Shown: positions 1 to 14,270 of the stretch, in pieces | Layout: each line of letters opens with the position of its first letter | Numbering within the stretch: position 1 is the stretch's first letter | DNA from: Anaeromyxobacter sp. | GTDB lineage: Bacteria; Myxococcota; Myxococcia; Myxococcales; Anaeromyxobacteraceae | DNA length: 64,000 nt | Direction: 5' to 3' | Assembly (NCBI GenBank): GCA_049840735.1 | Contig: JASGJN010000013.1 | Location: forward strand, 320,001 to 384,000 | The notes under the pieces: generated by a model | Database searches by the model: none | Told to the model about the DNA's origin: nothing | The model's input: only the letters and a program-made list of their open reading frames with translations | Position numbers and translations under genes: made by a program

Positions 1-1105
1 TGGTGACGCGCGGCGAGTAGCCGAGCTGCACCGCCTGCCGGGTCAGCGAGAAGGCGCCGGAGATGAGGGCCTGCGAGGCGACGATGGCCGCGGCCGTGGC
101 GATGCCGATGAGCGGGTAGATCGCCCAGCTCGGCGCCAGCAGGTAGAACGGGTTGCGCGCCGCGCCGGGATCGTGCAGCAGCAGCGCCCCCTGCCCCAGG
201 TAGTTCATCAGCAGCGAGGGCATGGCCACGGCGTACCAGGCCAGGCGGATGGGGCGCTTGCCGAAGTGGCCCATGTCCGCGTAGAGCGCCTCGCCGCCGG
301 TGATGACCAGGACCACGCTGGCCAGGACGAAGAAGCCCTCCCAGCCGTTCCGCAGGAAGAAGGTCACGCCATACCAAGGCGAGAAGGCGCGCAGGATCGA
401 CAGGTCGTGCAGCAGGCCGCGGATGCCCAGCAGGAAGATGCAGGCGAACCAGAGCGTCATCACCGGCCCGAACACCGCGCCCACCGTGGCCGTGCCGCGC
501 TTCTGGATCAGGAACAGGCCCACGATGATCACCAGCGTGATCGGGACGATCATGCTGGCTCAGCGCCGGCGCGGCGACCGCCACGCCCTCGACGGCGCCC
601 AGCACCGAGATGGCGGGCGTGATCACCCCGTCTCCGTAGAGGAGGGTGGCGCCGAACAGCCCCAGGACGATGAGCGCCTTGCGGCCGAGGCGCGTGGTCT
701 CGCGCTTCCCGACCAGCGCCAGCAGGGCCAGGATCCCGCCCTCCCCCGGTTGTCCGCCTTCATGACGAAGGACAGGTACTTGAAGGTCACCACGAAGGTG
801 ATGGCCCAGATCACCAGCGACACGACGCCGATGACGTTCTCCGGCGTGGGGTGGATGCCGTGCGGGCCCGCGAAGCACTCCTTCATGGCGTACAGCGGGC
901 TGGTGCCGATGTCGCCGTAGACCACGCCGAGCGCGCCGAAGGCGAGACCGAGGAGGACCTTGCCGCCGGCTGGCTTCCGATGACCGTGCGGCTCGGGAGC
1001 GGGGGTGGCCAGCTCGGGCGGAACGGGCTCCTCGCCGGGAGCGGGGGTGACGGCCGGAGCGGCGGAGGTGGCGGCAGGGGATTCGCTGGGAGATGAGTCG
1101 GGCAT
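1..1105 (-). CDS. kup: KUP/HAK/KT potassium transporter (runs off window edge; apparent frameshifts ~560 and ~745)
   Basis: [64 protein letters not shown] motifs across frames. Confidence 0.95.
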
Positions 1106-1314
1106 CGGTCGGTTCGTGAAGGGGGGCGAGGTAAGCAGATCGACACCCGGGCGTCGAGGCCCTAGGGGACGCTGGGGACCCAGCCCCCTGGGATAACTAG
1201 GCTTTTGGTCGCGCGAGGGTTCCGGGAGGGCCGCCCCGCCACCTCGAGGGGACCACTCGGAGGCGCGTGCGGCTGCGCGCCTGGCACCCCTCGGCTATCT
1301 TGCCGCGCTCCTTC

Positions 1315-2686
1315 ATGACCGACCCGAACTCCATCCGCGGCGAGCTGCGACCGCTCCTCCGGCTGGCGGTGCCGCTGGCCGTGGCGCAGGCCGGCCAGTC
1401 GCTCATGGGCGTGGTGGACACGGCGGTGGTGGGCCGCGCCGGACCCGACCCCCTGGCCGGGGTAGGCCTCGGGAATGCGCTCTTCTTCGCCATCGCCGTC
1501 CTGGGGATGGGCGTGATGCACGGGCTCGACCCGCTCATCTCGCAGGCCCTGGGGGCCGGGGACGAGGGGCGGGCCCGCCGGCTCCTGTGGCAGGGGGCCT
1601 GGCTGTCGCTGGGCCTCTCGGCGCTGGTGGCCCTCCCGCTGGCGGTGACGCCGTTCTTCCTGGAGCGGGCCGGCGTCCCGGCCGGCATCGCGCGCGAGAC
1701 CCAGGCCTACGTGCTCTGGCGCCTGCCCTCGCTACCGTTCCTCTTCGCCTACTTCGGCAACCGCGCCTACCTCCAGGGCCACGGGCTGGCCCGCCCCATG
1801 GTCACGGCCACCGTCGTGGCCAACCTGCTCAACATCCCGGCCGACATCCTGCTGGTCTTCGGCGGCGCGGCGCTGCCGGCCTGGGCCGGGCCGCTGCGGG
1901 CGCTGCCCGCGCTCGGCTCGGCGGGGGCCGCCATCGCCACCGATCTCTGCTCGGTGCTCCAGCTGGCGCTGCTGGGGGTGGCCGCCGGCGCGGGTCCGCT
2001 GCCCGGCGCACCTCCCGGGCCTGCGCCGGCCGGATCCGGCCGCGCTCCGCAGCGCCGTGGCGGTGGGGCTGCCCATCGGGCTGCACATGGCCGCCGAGGT
2101 GGGGATCTTCTCGCTCTCCTCCCTGGTCGCCTCGCGGCTGGGAGCCGCCGCGGCCGGCGCGCACCAGGTCACGCTCTCCGTCGCCACCCTCTCCTTCACC
2201 GCCGCGGTGGGCTTCGGCAACGCCGGCTCGGTGCGGGTGGGGCGGGCGGTGGGCGCGCGCAATCGCGCCGGCGCGCGGCGCGCCGGGCTGGCGGCGCTGG
2301 GCTGCGCCGCGGCCTTCATGTCGGCATCGGCGCTGCTCTACCTGCTGGCCCCGCGGGCCATCGCCCGGCTCATGACCGACGACCCGGCCGTCATCGAGGC
2401 CGCCGTGCCGCTCTTCGCGCTGGCGGCGCTGTTCCAGATCTCCGACGGCCTGCAGGGCACCGGCGCGGGCGTGCTGCGCGGCGCGGGCGAGACGCGCTTC
2501 ACCTTCGCCGCCAACATGGTGGGCCACTGGCTGGTCGGGTTCCCGGTCATGCTGCTGCTCGTGGCCGGGCTCGGGCTGGGCGTGACCGGGCTGTGGATCG
2601 GCTTCTGCTTCGGCCTGACGGCGGTGGCGGCCGGGCTGGTCTGGCGCTTCCTGCGCGTCTCCTCGCGGGAGATCGTGCCATTGTGA
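1315..2686 (+). CDS. MATE family efflux transporter, NorM-like (frameshift ~1990-2050)
   Basis: LLRLAVPL..MGVVDTAVVG in one frame; GLPIGLHMAAEVGIF, FQISDGLQG..GVLRGAGET in the next; many hydrophobic helices. Confidence 0.92.
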
Positions 2687-2752
2687 ATCGGGGGGCTGCG
2701 CCCACCCCCGTTGCCGTTTACGGCCCACCCCCTCCCGTCTAGCCTTTCCGCC

Positions 2753-3183
2753 GTGAGGCTCGCCCTGCCCCAGCCGCACGAGGACCTCGGCCACACCGCC
2801 GACGTGGGCGTGCGCGTGCGCGGGGCCACGGCGGAGGAGGCGCTGGCCCGGCTGGCGCTGGCGCTGGGCACGCTGCTGGCCGGCGGCGGGCCGGTCCCGG
2901 TGGTGCGGGAAGAGCGGCTGGAGGTGGCGGGCGAGGGCGCGACCGAGGTGGCGGTGACGCTGCTGCGCGAGCTGCTCTTCCGCTTCGCCACCGCGCGCCT
3001 GCTCCCGGCGCGGTCGAGGTGCTGCGGCTCGACCCGCGCGGCGCCGAGGTGCGCGTGGGGCTGGGCGAGTGGGACCCGGAGCGGCACGCCGAGGGGCTGG
3101 ACGTGAAGGCCATCACCTGGCACCTGGCGCGGCTCGCCCCCGAGGGCAGCGGCTGGACCGGGCAGGTGGTGGTGGACGTCTAG
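2753..3183 (+). CDS. Archease (frameshift ~3010)
   Basis: N-terminal GHTADVGVRVRG and C-terminal DVKAITWH...VVVDV-stop, the archease signatures. Confidence 0.85.
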
Positions 3184-3420
3184 GGGCGGGCAGGCGAGCG
3201 GCGGCCAGGCGAGTGCGCGCTCACAGGCGAGTGGTCCTCGACCCCGCGGGGCGCGCGCGACTCGCCCCCGCGTCGGGGACGCCCCAGCCACCAGGCCTCG
3301 ACCGGCTGCGGCATGTGCCCGTGCGAGCGGGGCTTTCCGCGCAGCCGCGAGCGGGTCCGGCGGGCGTCAGGCCTGGCACGCGGCATGAGAGGGGACGGCT
3401 CGGGAAGTCCAGGAGGTCAC

Positions 3421-5976
3421 GTGATGCGCTCGCTGACGGTCGCCACCCGCATCTGGATCGCGCTCGGCGCGGCCCTGATGGCCCTGCTGCTGGTCTCCAT
3501 CCAGGCGCGCCACGTGCTCGGGACGCGGATGATGGAGGAGCGGCAGGCCAAGGTGCGCGCGGTGGTGGAGCTGGCGCACTCCGCGGTGGCCCGCTACCAG
3601 GCGCTGGCCGCGGCCGGGACGCTCTCCGAGGCGGACGCGCAGCGGGAGGCGCTGGCGGCGGTCAAGGCGCTCCGCTACGCCGGCAAGGAGTACGTCTGGG
3701 TCAACGACCTCCAGCCGAAGATGCTGATGCATCCCTTCAAGCCGGAGCTGGACGGCCAGGACCTCTCCGGCTTCGCCGACCCGGAGGGCAAGCACCTCTT
3801 CGTCCAGATGGTGGCGGTGGTGAAGGCCAGCCCGGAGGGCGGGTTCGTGGACTACCTCTGGCCCAAGCCCGGGCTGGACGCGCCGGTGGCGAAGACCTCC
3901 TTCGTGCAGCGGGTGGAGGGGTGGGACTGGGTGGTGGGCTCCGGGCTCTACCTCGACGACGTGGAGGCGGCGCTGCGGCGCGAGACCTGGCGCATCGTCC
4001 TCGCCACCGCGCTGGTGGCGCTGGTGCTGGGCACGGCCGTGGCGCTGATCGCGCGCTCGGTGAGGCGCAACGTGGCCGGGCTGCGGAGCGCCGCGGCCGG
4101 GCTGGCCGAGGCGGTGCGCGTGGGGCGGACCGAGGCGCGCGCCGAGCCGGGCGCGGTGGCGCCGGAGTTCCGCGCCATCGTGGACGGGATGAACGAGACC
4201 ATGGACGCCTTCGCGGCGCCCATCCGCGCCACCGCGGCCACCGCCGCGGCGCTGGGGCGGGGGGAGATCCCGCCGCTGGTCGAGACCGACCTGCGGGGCG
4301 ACTTCCGCGCCATCGCCGAGGGGCTCAACGGCTCGATCCGCTCGGTGGCGCTGCTGGTCTCCGACGTGGGGCGGCTGGCCGACGCCGCGCGCCAGGGCCG
4401 GCTGGGCGAGCGCGCCGACCCGGCCCGGCACGCGGGCGAGTTCCGCCGCGTGGTGGAGGCGCTGGACGGGACGCTGGACGCGCTGGTGGGCCCCATCCGC
4501 ACCGCCGCCGGGGTGGTGGACCAGCTGGCCCGCGGCGAGCTCCCGCCGCCCATCGGCGGCCGCTGGGCCGGCGACCTGGAGCCGCTGCGCGCCAACCTGG
4601 ACGCGCTGGCGGTGACGCTGCAGGCGGTGCTGGCCGAGCTGGACCGGAACGCCGCCGCCCTCTCGGAGGGCGATCACGACGACCGGCTCGACGCCGGGGC
4701 CTTCGACGGCGTCTACCGTCACATGGCGGAGCGCATGAACGCCGCCACGGGCCAGCAGGTGCAGACGCTGCTCCAGGTGCTGGAGACGCTGGCGGCCTAC
4801 GCCGAGGGCGACTTCCGGCCGGTGCTGGCGCCCATGCCCGGCAAGCTCTCGGTGGCCAACGCCCGCCTGGACCTGGTCCGCCACAACCTGCTGGCGCTGG
4901 CGGCGGAGCTCGGCCGGGTGAGCGAGGAGGCCGCCGCCGGCCGGCTGGCCGCGCGCGCCGCGCCGGAGCGGTTCCGCGGCGACTGGCGCGCGCTGGTCAC
5001 CGGGCTCAACGGCATGCTGGAGGCGCTGGCGGCGCCGGTGACCGAGGCGGTGACGGCGCTGGAGGCGCTGGCCGCGCGCGACCTGACGGCCCGCTCGCCG
5101 GGCGGACACCAGGGCGATCACGCCCGGCTCGCCGACGCGGTCAACGCCACCGCCGGCGCGCTCCAGGCGGCGCTGCGCCAGGTGAGCGGCACGGTGGAGG
5201 AGGTGCAGGGCGCCGCGCAGCAGATCGCCAGCACCAGCCACACGCTGGCCACCGGCGCCTCGGAGCAGGCCTCGGCGGTGGAGACCACCACCGGCCGGCT
5301 CGAGGCGGTGGTGGCCATGACCCACACCACCGCCGACCGGGCCCGCCAGGCCAGCCAGCTGGCGCGGGAGGCGGACGGCGCCGCGCGCCAGGGCTCCGAG
5401 GCGGTGCGGCAGCTGACCGGCGCCATGGGCGAGATCCGCTCGGCGGCCGAGCGCACCTCCGAGATCATCCGCGACATCAACGACATCGCGTTCCAGACCA
5501 ACCTGCTCGCGCTCAACGCCGCCGTGGAGGCGGCGCGCGCCGGCGACGCCGGGCGCGGCTTCGCGGTGGTGGCCGAGGAGGTCCGGTCGCTGGCCGGCCG
5601 CTCCAAGGAGGCCGCCGCCCGCACCGAGGCGCTGATCCGCGAGTCGGTGCGCCAGGCCGGCGAGGGCGCCAGCGCCACCGCGGCGCTGGGGACCACGCTC
5701 ACCCGCATCGGCGCCTCGGTGGGCCGGGCCACCGCGCTGGTGGAGGAGATCGACGCCGCCACCGCCGCCCAGGCCACCGCCGTGGACCAGATGCGCAAGG
5801 CCATGTCCGAGGTCGGCTCGGTGGCGGCGCAGAACGCGGCCGGCGCCGAGGAGTCGAGCGCGGCGGCGGCCGAGCTCTCCGGCCAGTCGGCGCAGCTGGC
5901 CACGCTGGTGGCCCGGTTCAGGCTCGGCGAGGAGCAGCCGGCGCTGGCCCCGGCGCCGCACCGCCGGCGCGCCTGA
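3421..5976 (+). CDS. Methyl-accepting chemotaxis protein with Cache sensor and multiple HAMP-like repeats
   Basis: [30 protein letters not shown]ache domain between two TM helices; [34 protein letters not shown] signalling core. Confidence 0.95.
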   Translation: MMRSLTVATRIWIALGAALMALLLVSIQARHVLGTRMMEERQAKVRAVVELAHSAVARYQALAAAGTLSEADAQREALAAVKALRYAGKEYVWVNDLQPKMLMHPFKPELDGQDLSGFADPEGKHLFVQMVAVVKASPEGGFVDYLWPKPGLDAPVAKTSFVQRVEGWDWVVGSGLYLDDVEAALRRETWRIVLATALVALVLGTAVALIARSVRRNVAGLRSAAAGLAEAVRVGRTEARAEPGAVAPEFRAIVDGMNETMDAFAAPIRATAATAAALGRGEIPPLVETDLRGDFRAIAEGLNGSIRSVALLVSDVGRLADAARQGRLGERADPARHAGEFRRVVEALDGTLDALVGPIRTAAGVVDQLARGELPPPIGGRWAGDLEPLRANLDALAVTLQAVLAELDRNAAALSEGDHDDRLDAGAFDGVYRHMAERMNAATGQQVQTLLQVLETLAAYAEGDFRPVLAPMPGKLSVANARLDLVRHNLLALAAELGRVSEEAAAGRLAARAAPERFRGDWRALVTGLNGMLEALAAPVTEAVTALEALAARDLTARSPGGHQGDHARLADAVNATAGALQAALRQVSGTVEEVQGAAQQIASTSHTLATGASEQASAVETTTGRLEAVVAMTHTTADRARQASQLAREADGAARQGSEAVRQLTGAMGEIRSAAERTSEIIRDINDIAFQTNLLALNAAVEAARAGDAGRGFAVVAEEVRSLAGRSKEAAARTEALIRESVRQAGEGASATAALGTTLTRIGASVGRATALVEEIDAATAAQATAVDQMRKAMSEVGSVAAQNAAGAEESSAAAAELSGQSAQLATLVARFRLGEEQPALAPAPHRRRA

Positions 5977-6066
5977 GCCGGCGCCGCGACCGCACGCCAT
6001 CCCTCCCCGGCGCCGGGCCCGGGGTAGAGTGCCCGCTCGGCCGCCGAGGCGGCAGGGGGGAGCGCC

Positions 6067-6744
6067 ATGGGCCACGGGGTCACGGAGACGGCGGTGGGGG
6101 CGGCGCGGCTGGCCGCGGGCGCGGCGGCGCGCTTCCTGGCGCGCTGGGTGCCGCTCTTGATCGTGAACCTGGTGTTCATGGGCCTGACGGCCCAGCGGCT
6201 CTGGGGCGCCGGCTGCGGGGCGGGGGGGCTGCTCGGCTGCCTCCCCTCGCTCGCGCTCTCGGTCCTCTTCCTGGTGGGGTTCCCCGCGCTCTACTGGGCC
6301 ATCCTGCTCCCGCTGACGCTGCGGCGGGCGCTGGTGTCGCTGGTCGCGTCGCGGCGCGACGTGCTGGAGTCCGCCTGCGCGCGACCGCTGGCGGCGGCGC
6401 TGGCCAGGCTGCCGCCCGGCTGGACCGGCGGGCAGACCAGCGGCCAGCTGCGCGCGCTGGTGGGCGAGGTCGAGGCGGAGACCACCTCGGCGCTGGGCGC
6501 CGCGCTGCAGCTCCCCGCGCTGTTCACGCCGGTGCTGCGCAAGCTGGTGGGGAGCGCGACCGAGGGCCCCGTCCCGCAGGGCGCGCCGGCCGCTGGCGCC
6601 AGCTCCGACGACTGGGCGGTCTTCCTGGCGCGCCAGCTGGTGGAGCGCGTGCTGAAACGCGCCCGCGGCGGAGCGGGCTGGCCCTTCGTGCTCACCCTGA
6701 TCGTGAACGGGGCGGTCTTCGTCGGGGTCATGCTCCTGGCGTGA
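6067..6744 (+). CDS. Hypothetical membrane protein
   Basis: 225-aa ORF, GC-type codon usage, about 3 hydrophobic segments. Confidence 0.6.
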   Translation: MGHGVTETAVGAARLAAGAAARFLARWVPLLIVNLVFMGLTAQRLWGAGCGAGGLLGCLPSLALSVLFLVGFPALYWAILLPLTLRRALVSLVASRRDVLESACARPLAAALARLPPGWTGGQTSGQLRALVGEVEAETTSALGAALQLPALFTPVLRKLVGSATEGPVPQGAPAAGASSDDWAVFLARQLVERVLKRARGGAGWPFVLTLIVNGAVFVGVMLLA

Positions 6745-6791
6745 ACGGGGCGGGTAAGCCGGACGAGGGCTAGGTTGGCGGCGTGCCCTCC

Positions 6792-7397
6792 ATGATCCTC
6801 CGTCCTGCTCCGGCCCTGCGCCTGCTCGTCCTCGCCTGCCTCCTGGCCTGCGCGGGCCGCAAGGCCGCGCCCAGCGCGGCGGGCGGCCCCGGCCCCACCG
6901 CCCGGCCCCCCGACCCGGCGGGGCGCTGCACGCTGGTGCTGGGCGGCAGCGGCACCGTCTTCGAGGACGAGGCGGTGAACCAGCGCTGGGAGGCCATCGA
7001 CCGGACCGTGGCCCAGTCCGCCGCCGAGCAGCTCACCGCCGAGGGCCACCGGGCCGAGCTCTACTTCTCGCCCGAGCGCGACCCGGCCCGGCACGCCCAG
7101 GCGGTGGGCGCCGAGCGGGCGCGGCGCGGCTGCGGGCGGCTGCTCCAGCTGGCGCGCTTCGTCGAAGGGCCCCCCGGGCAGCGCCGGTTCGGCTACGAGG
7201 CCTCGGTGCTGGTCCCGGTGGGCCCGCAGCCGGCGGCGGGGCCGTTCAGGGTCCGCACCGCCTGGTCGCGCCGCTACGCCTTCGCGCTGGCGCCCGAGGT
7301 GCTGGACGGCTTCTCCTTCGACGGCCTGGGCCGCCGCGCGGCGCGCGACGCGGCCCGGAGCGGGGAGCTGCCGGCGCAGGCGGAGGATGGGGGCTGA
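6792..7397 (+). CDS. Hypothetical lipoprotein
   Basis: Signal peptide with lipobox-like LLAC. Confidence 0.55.
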   Translation: MILRPAPALRLLVLACLLACAGRKAAPSAAGGPGPTARPPDPAGRCTLVLGGSGTVFEDEAVNQRWEAIDRTVAQSAAEQLTAEGHRAELYFSPERDPARHAQAVGAERARRGCGRLLQLARFVEGPPGQRRFGYEASVLVPVGPQPAAGPFRVRTAWSRRYAFALAPEVLDGFSFDGLGRRAARDAARSGELPAQAEDGG

Positions 7398-7452
7398 GCT
7401 CCCCGGGGCAAGCGGGGGTGCGGAGCGCGCCGACCCGCGGTAAAGCAGCCCC

Positions 7453-8894
7453 ATGTCCCTGCGCCGCCTCGAGGGTGATTCTCTGGGAGCTTCCGCGCCA
7501 GGGCCGGATGCGGGTGCCGGGGCGCGTCTACTCGGCCGGTCCGCCGGCGCCGGACGATCCCTCCCTGGAGCAGGTGCGCAACGTGGCCCACCTGCCCGGC
7601 ATCCTCCGCTTCTCGCTGGCCATGCCCGACATCCACTGGGGCTACGGCTTCCCCATCGGCGGCGTGGCCGCGGTGGACGCGGAGGACGGGGCGGTTCTCC
7701 CCGGGCGGCGTGGGCTATGACATCAACTGCGGCGTCCGGCTGGTGACCACCGGGCTCGACGCCGACGAGGTGCGACCGCGGCTCCACCCGCTGGCGGCCC
7801 AGCTCTACCGCGACGTGCCCACCGGCGTGGGCGCCAGCGCCGCCATCCCGCCGCTCTCGGCGCGCGAGCTGGGCGAGGTCCTCTCCGAGGGGGCGCGCTG
7901 GGCGGTGCGCCGCGGCTACGCCGCCGCCCCCGACGACGCCGAGCGGTGCGAGGAGGGCGGGCGGCTGGCGGGCGCCGACCCGGACGCGGTGAGCGCGCGG
8001 GCCCGCGAGCGCGGGGCCGGCCAGCTCGGCACGCTGGGCAGCGGCAACCACTTCCTCGAGGTGGACCGGGTGGCGGAGGTGTACGCGCCCGACGCGGCCG
8101 AGGCGTTCGGGCTGCGGCCGGAGCAGGTGGTGGTGCAGATCCACTCCGGCTCGCGCGGGCTCGGCTACCAGGTCTGCGACGAGACGCTGGCCGCGCTGGG
8201 GCCGCGCCTGGGCGCGTTCGGCCCCGACTACGCCGACCTGCCCGACCGCCAGCTGGCCTGCGCGCCGGTCCGGAGCCCGGAGGGGCGGCAGTACCTGGGC
8301 GCCATGCAGGCCGCGGCCAACTTCGCCTGGGCCAACCGGCAGGTGATGACCGGGCTGGTGGTGCGCGCCTTCCTGCACGCGCTGGGGATCTCCGAGCGCG
8401 ACCTCTCGGCCCGCCTGCTCTACGACGTCTGCCACAACGTGGCCAAGGTGGAGGAGCACCAGGTCGACGGCCGCCCGCGGCGCGTGCTGGTCCACCGCAA
8501 GGGCGCGACCCGCGCCTTCGGCCCGGGCGACCCGCGCGTGCCCGCGCCCTACCGCGAGGTGGGCCAGCCGGTCCTCATCCCCGGCGACATGGGGCGCTAC
8601 TCCTACGTGCTGGCCGGCACCGCCCGCGCCATGGCCGACACCTTCGGCAGCTCCTGCCACGGCGCGGGCCGGCTCCTCTCCCGCGGCGAGGCCCTGCGCC
8701 GCGCCAAGGGGCGCTCCATCGCGAGCGAGCTGGCCGGCCGCGGCATCGAGGTCCTGGCCCGGGCGAAGAAGACGCTCGCCGAGGAGATGAGCGAGGCCTA
8801 CAAGGACGTGGCCCAGGTGGTGGCGGTGATGGACCGGGCGGGCATCTCGCGGCTGGTGGCCCGGCTCGAGCCCCTGGCCGTCGTGAAGGGGTGA
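7453..8894 (+). CDS. rtcB: RtcB RNA 2',3'-cyclic phosphate/5'-OH ligase (frameshifts ~7480 and ~7697)
   Basis: [58 protein letters not shown]. Confidence 0.96.
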
Positions 8895-8994
8895 GCCCGA
8901 CGCGGGCCCCGCTCCCCACCGCCGGCCGCGGGGTGGGGCGCAACCCCGGCGCGAGCTCCCGCCGCGCGGCGGTGGCGTGCGTAGCTTCTCCGGC

Positions 8995-9213
8995 ATGGGC
9001 GAGACCGCCAGGCCCCACCTCCTGCTCCTCAAGGGAGGCCGCCGGAGCGACGCGCCGAGCCGGCGGACGCTCCCCCGCGACGCCCTGCGCGTGATCCCGG
9101 GCGGGCCGGCGGGCGACCTCCAGGCCGCCATCGAGGAGACCGTGCAGGCCGCGCGCCGCATGCGGCAGGAGATTGAGGAGCGGATCTCCAGGGCGCTCGA
9201 CGAGCTGTTTTGA
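8995..9213 (+). CDS. Small hypothetical protein with C-terminal coiled coil
   Basis: 72-aa ORF in the gap between genes, plausible codon usage. Confidence 0.5.
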   Translation: MGETARPHLLLLKGGRRSDAPSRRTLPRDALRVIPGGPAGDLQAAIEETVQAARRMRQEIEERISRALDELF

Positions 9214-9295
9214 GCGCGGGCCCGACAGGGCGACCGGGATGCCGCGGGCCTTCCAGGGCCGGGCGGCTGGGTGCCTCCCCGGTTAAGCCCGGTCC

Positions 9296-11464
<2,169 letters not shown>

Positions 11465-11676
11465 ACGCCGGCGGCGCGGCCACCGGCGGCGCTGCATCGG
11501 CTGCGCGGGCCTCCGCTCCGGAGCCGCACCGTGCGTCCGCACGGCTGCGTCTCTTCACCCAGCCCGTGGGTGCGAGCTCCCCCCTGGGTCCTCCCTGACG
11601 GCGGCGCGACCCTGGCCCGGCCTGCGGAACCGTGCGCAGGGAAGGCGCTCCGTGCGATCCCGCCGGCGCCGGCCGC

Positions 11677-11692
11677 TGGCACGGCGGCTGCT
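11677..11692 (+). promoter_or_regulatory. Putative sigma-54 promoter upstream of MCP-cheW
   Basis: TGGCACGGCGGCTGCT fits TGGCACG-N4-TTGC(A/T) with correct GG-N10-GC spacing and one mismatch. Confidence 0.55.
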
Positions 11693-11824
11693 TTGCAGCC
11701 GGCGCTGCCGCGCGCCGACCGGCGCGCCCGCGACCAAGCCCGATGGCACCTGCCCCTTGCTGCGCTGCGGCATGGCAGGGGGAGCCTCGGCCAACAGCAG
11801 ACGCACGCCCGGCGTGCGGGAAGG

Positions 11825-13658
11825 ATGTCGAAGATGCGGTGGTACAGGGATGCGAGGCTGGTGGTGAAGCTGGTGCTCGGGTTCGCGCTGGTCGCGCTGA
11901 TCGCCGGCGCGGTGGGTGCGTACGGCTACGCGAAGCTGCAGGATCTCCCGGGCCGCGGACACCTTCCTGTACGAGAAGAGCGCGCTCGGGCTCCGCTACG
12001 TGGGCGAGATCAACGGCGAGTTCCGCGCCGAGCGCGGCTTCCTCTACGAGGCCCTGCTGGCCCGGACCGAGGCGGCGCGGGACTCGGCGCTGCGGGAGGT
12101 CGCGGACCGCGAGAAGAACCTGGCCGTGGCCTTCGAGCGCTACCCCGGCACCATCGCCACCGACGCGGATCGCGCGCGCTTCGACACGCTCCAGGCCGCC
12201 TGGACCCGCTACTCCGGCCAGCTGGCCGCGGTGGTGGAGAACATCCGGGCCGGGAAGACCGAGGCCGCCAACAACCTCCTCCAGGGCGCGTTCCTCGACG
12301 AGGTCAAGGCCATGCGCACCGCCATCCGGGCCATCCTGGACGCCAACGCCGCGGCCGCCGAGGCCACCGCGACCGCGAACAGCACCCTGGCCGAGGCCGC
12401 CGGGCGCTCGATGCTCGCCATCGCCGGCCTGGCCATGGGCGTGGCGCTGGTCCTGGGCCTGCTCATCGCCCGGTCCATCGGCCGGCCGGTGAAGGCGCTG
12501 GTGACCGCGGCCCAGCAGCTGGCGGTGGGCGACCTCGACACGGAGGTCGCGGTCGACCGCCGCGACGAGGTGGGAGAGCTGGCGGGCGCGTTCGGTGGGA
12601 TGGTGGACGCCATGCGCGGCGTGACCCGCACCGCCCAGGAGATCGCCTGCGGGAACCTGGCGGTCGAGGTGCGCGCGCGCTCCGAGCGGGACGCGCTCAT
12701 GAAGGCCCTCGCCGCCATGGTCCAGCAGCTCTCCTCGGTGGCCCAGACCGTCCGAAGCGCGGCCGACAACGTGGCCGCCGGGTCCACGCAGCTCAGCAGC
12801 GCCTCCGACCAGCTCTCGCAGGGCGCCACCCAGCAGGCCGCCTCGATCGAGGAGATCTCCGCCTCGATGGAGGAGATGAGCGCGAACGTCCGGCAGAACG
12901 CGGACAACTCCACCCAGACCGAGCGGATCGCGCTCAAGGCGGCGTCCGATGCGCGGGAGGGCGGGGAGGCCGTGGCGCGGACCGTCGAGGCCATGAAGCA
13001 GATCGCCGGGAAGATCTCCATCATCGAGGAGATCTCGCGGCAGACCAACCTGCTGGCGCTCAACGCCGCCATCGAGGCGGCCCGGGCCGGCGAGCACGGC
13101 AAGGGCTTCGCGGTGGTCGCCTCCGAGGTGCGGAAGCTGGCCGAGCGCAGCCAGAAGGCGGCCGGGGAGATCACCGCGCTGTCCGGCACCAGCGTGGCCG
13201 TGGCCGAGAAGGCCGGCGGCCTCCTGGCGCAGATCCTGCCGGGCGTGCAGCGGACCGCCGAGCTGGTCCAGGAGATCACCGCCGCCAGCCGCGAGCAGGA
13301 CAGCGGCGCCACCCAGATCACCCAGGCCATCCAGCAGCTGGACAACGTCATCCAGCAGAACGCGTCCGGCGCCGAGGAGAACAGCTCCACGGCGGAGGAG
13401 CTGACCAGCCAGGCGGTCCAGCTGCGCGACGCCATCGGCTTCTTCCGCCTCGCCGGCGAGGCCGGCGGCGCGCCGTCGCGGCCGGCCCTGCCGGCCTCCC
13501 AGCGGGCGGCCCGGAGCGGTCACGCCCGCCCCGCGCCCCGGGCGGCCCGGCGCGAGCCGGCGGCCGCGCGGGAGGCCGCGCCCGGCGGGCGGAGCGGCGT
13601 CGAGCTGGACCTGGGCCCCGACGCGCCGGCCGAGGCCGGGTTCAAGCCGTACACCTGA
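11825..13658 (+). CDS. Methyl-accepting chemotaxis protein, 4-helix sensor plus HAMP (frameshift ~11942)
   Basis: N-terminal [58 protein letters not shown]-terminal FKPYT tail. Confidence 0.95.
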
Positions 13659-13676
13659 CGCGCCCGGAGACCGACC

Positions 13677-14192
13677 ATGACGACCGGAGCAGCCCCCGAC
13701 CGCTCGCCGTACCTGACCTTCGTCCTCGCGCAGGAGCACTACGCCATCGACATCGCGAAGGTGCGGGAGGTGCTCGAGTTCACGCAGGCCAGGCGGATCC
13801 CGCGCGCGCCTCCCTCCGTCCGCGGCGTCATCAACCTCCGCGGGCAGGTCGTCCCGGTGATCGACCTGCGCCTCCAGCTCGGGCTGGACCCCGCCGAGCC
13901 CACCCTGGACACCAGCGTGATCATCACCGAGGTGGTGCTGGACGGCGCCACGCTGGTGCTGGGGGCGATCGCCGACGCGGTCCAGGAGGTGATCGAGCTG
14001 GACGCGGCCGCCATCGCCCCACCGCCTCGCATGGGAGCTCGTGCCGACACGCGCTTCATCCGCGGCCTCTACCACCACGAGGACCGGCTCCTGATGCTGC
14101 TGGACCTCGAGCGCGCGCTCTCGGACGAGGACCTGCGCGCTGCCGCCGGCGCGCAGGTCCCGGGCGCGGAGGCCCCTGGCCAGCCGGGCTGA
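13677..14192 (+). CDS. cheW: Chemotaxis coupling protein CheW
   Basis: YLTFVL..YAIDIAKVREVL..VRGVINLRGQVVPVIDL; directly after an MCP. Confidence 0.95.
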   Translation: MTTGAAPDRSPYLTFVLAQEHYAIDIAKVREVLEFTQARRIPRAPPSVRGVINLRGQVVPVIDLRLQLGLDPAEPTLDTSVIITEVVLDGATLVLGAIADAVQEVIELDAAAIAPPPRMGARADTRFIRGLYHHEDRLLMLLDLERALSDEDLRAAAGAQVPGAEAPGQPG

Positions 14193-14270
14193 TCCCGGCG
14201 CCCTGACGTCCCGCTGGCGAGCGCGGCGGGGGCGTGCCACGCTGCGGGTCTCCCGCACCGGAGACCGCAC

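Noticed and set aside
1106..1314. Riboswitch upstream of kup
   Set aside because: No recognisable c-di-AMP aptamer consensus by eye; an Rfam scan would be needed
3374..3388. Sigma-54 promoter before the first MCP (TGGCACGCGGCATGA)
   Set aside because: Good -24 box but GA instead of the conserved GC at -12
3069..6773. Very long alternative-frame and antisense ORFs (also 11442-14732, 44211-47957 and others)
   Set aside because: Arg/Gly/Pro/Ala-rich shadows of real genes, expected at this GC content
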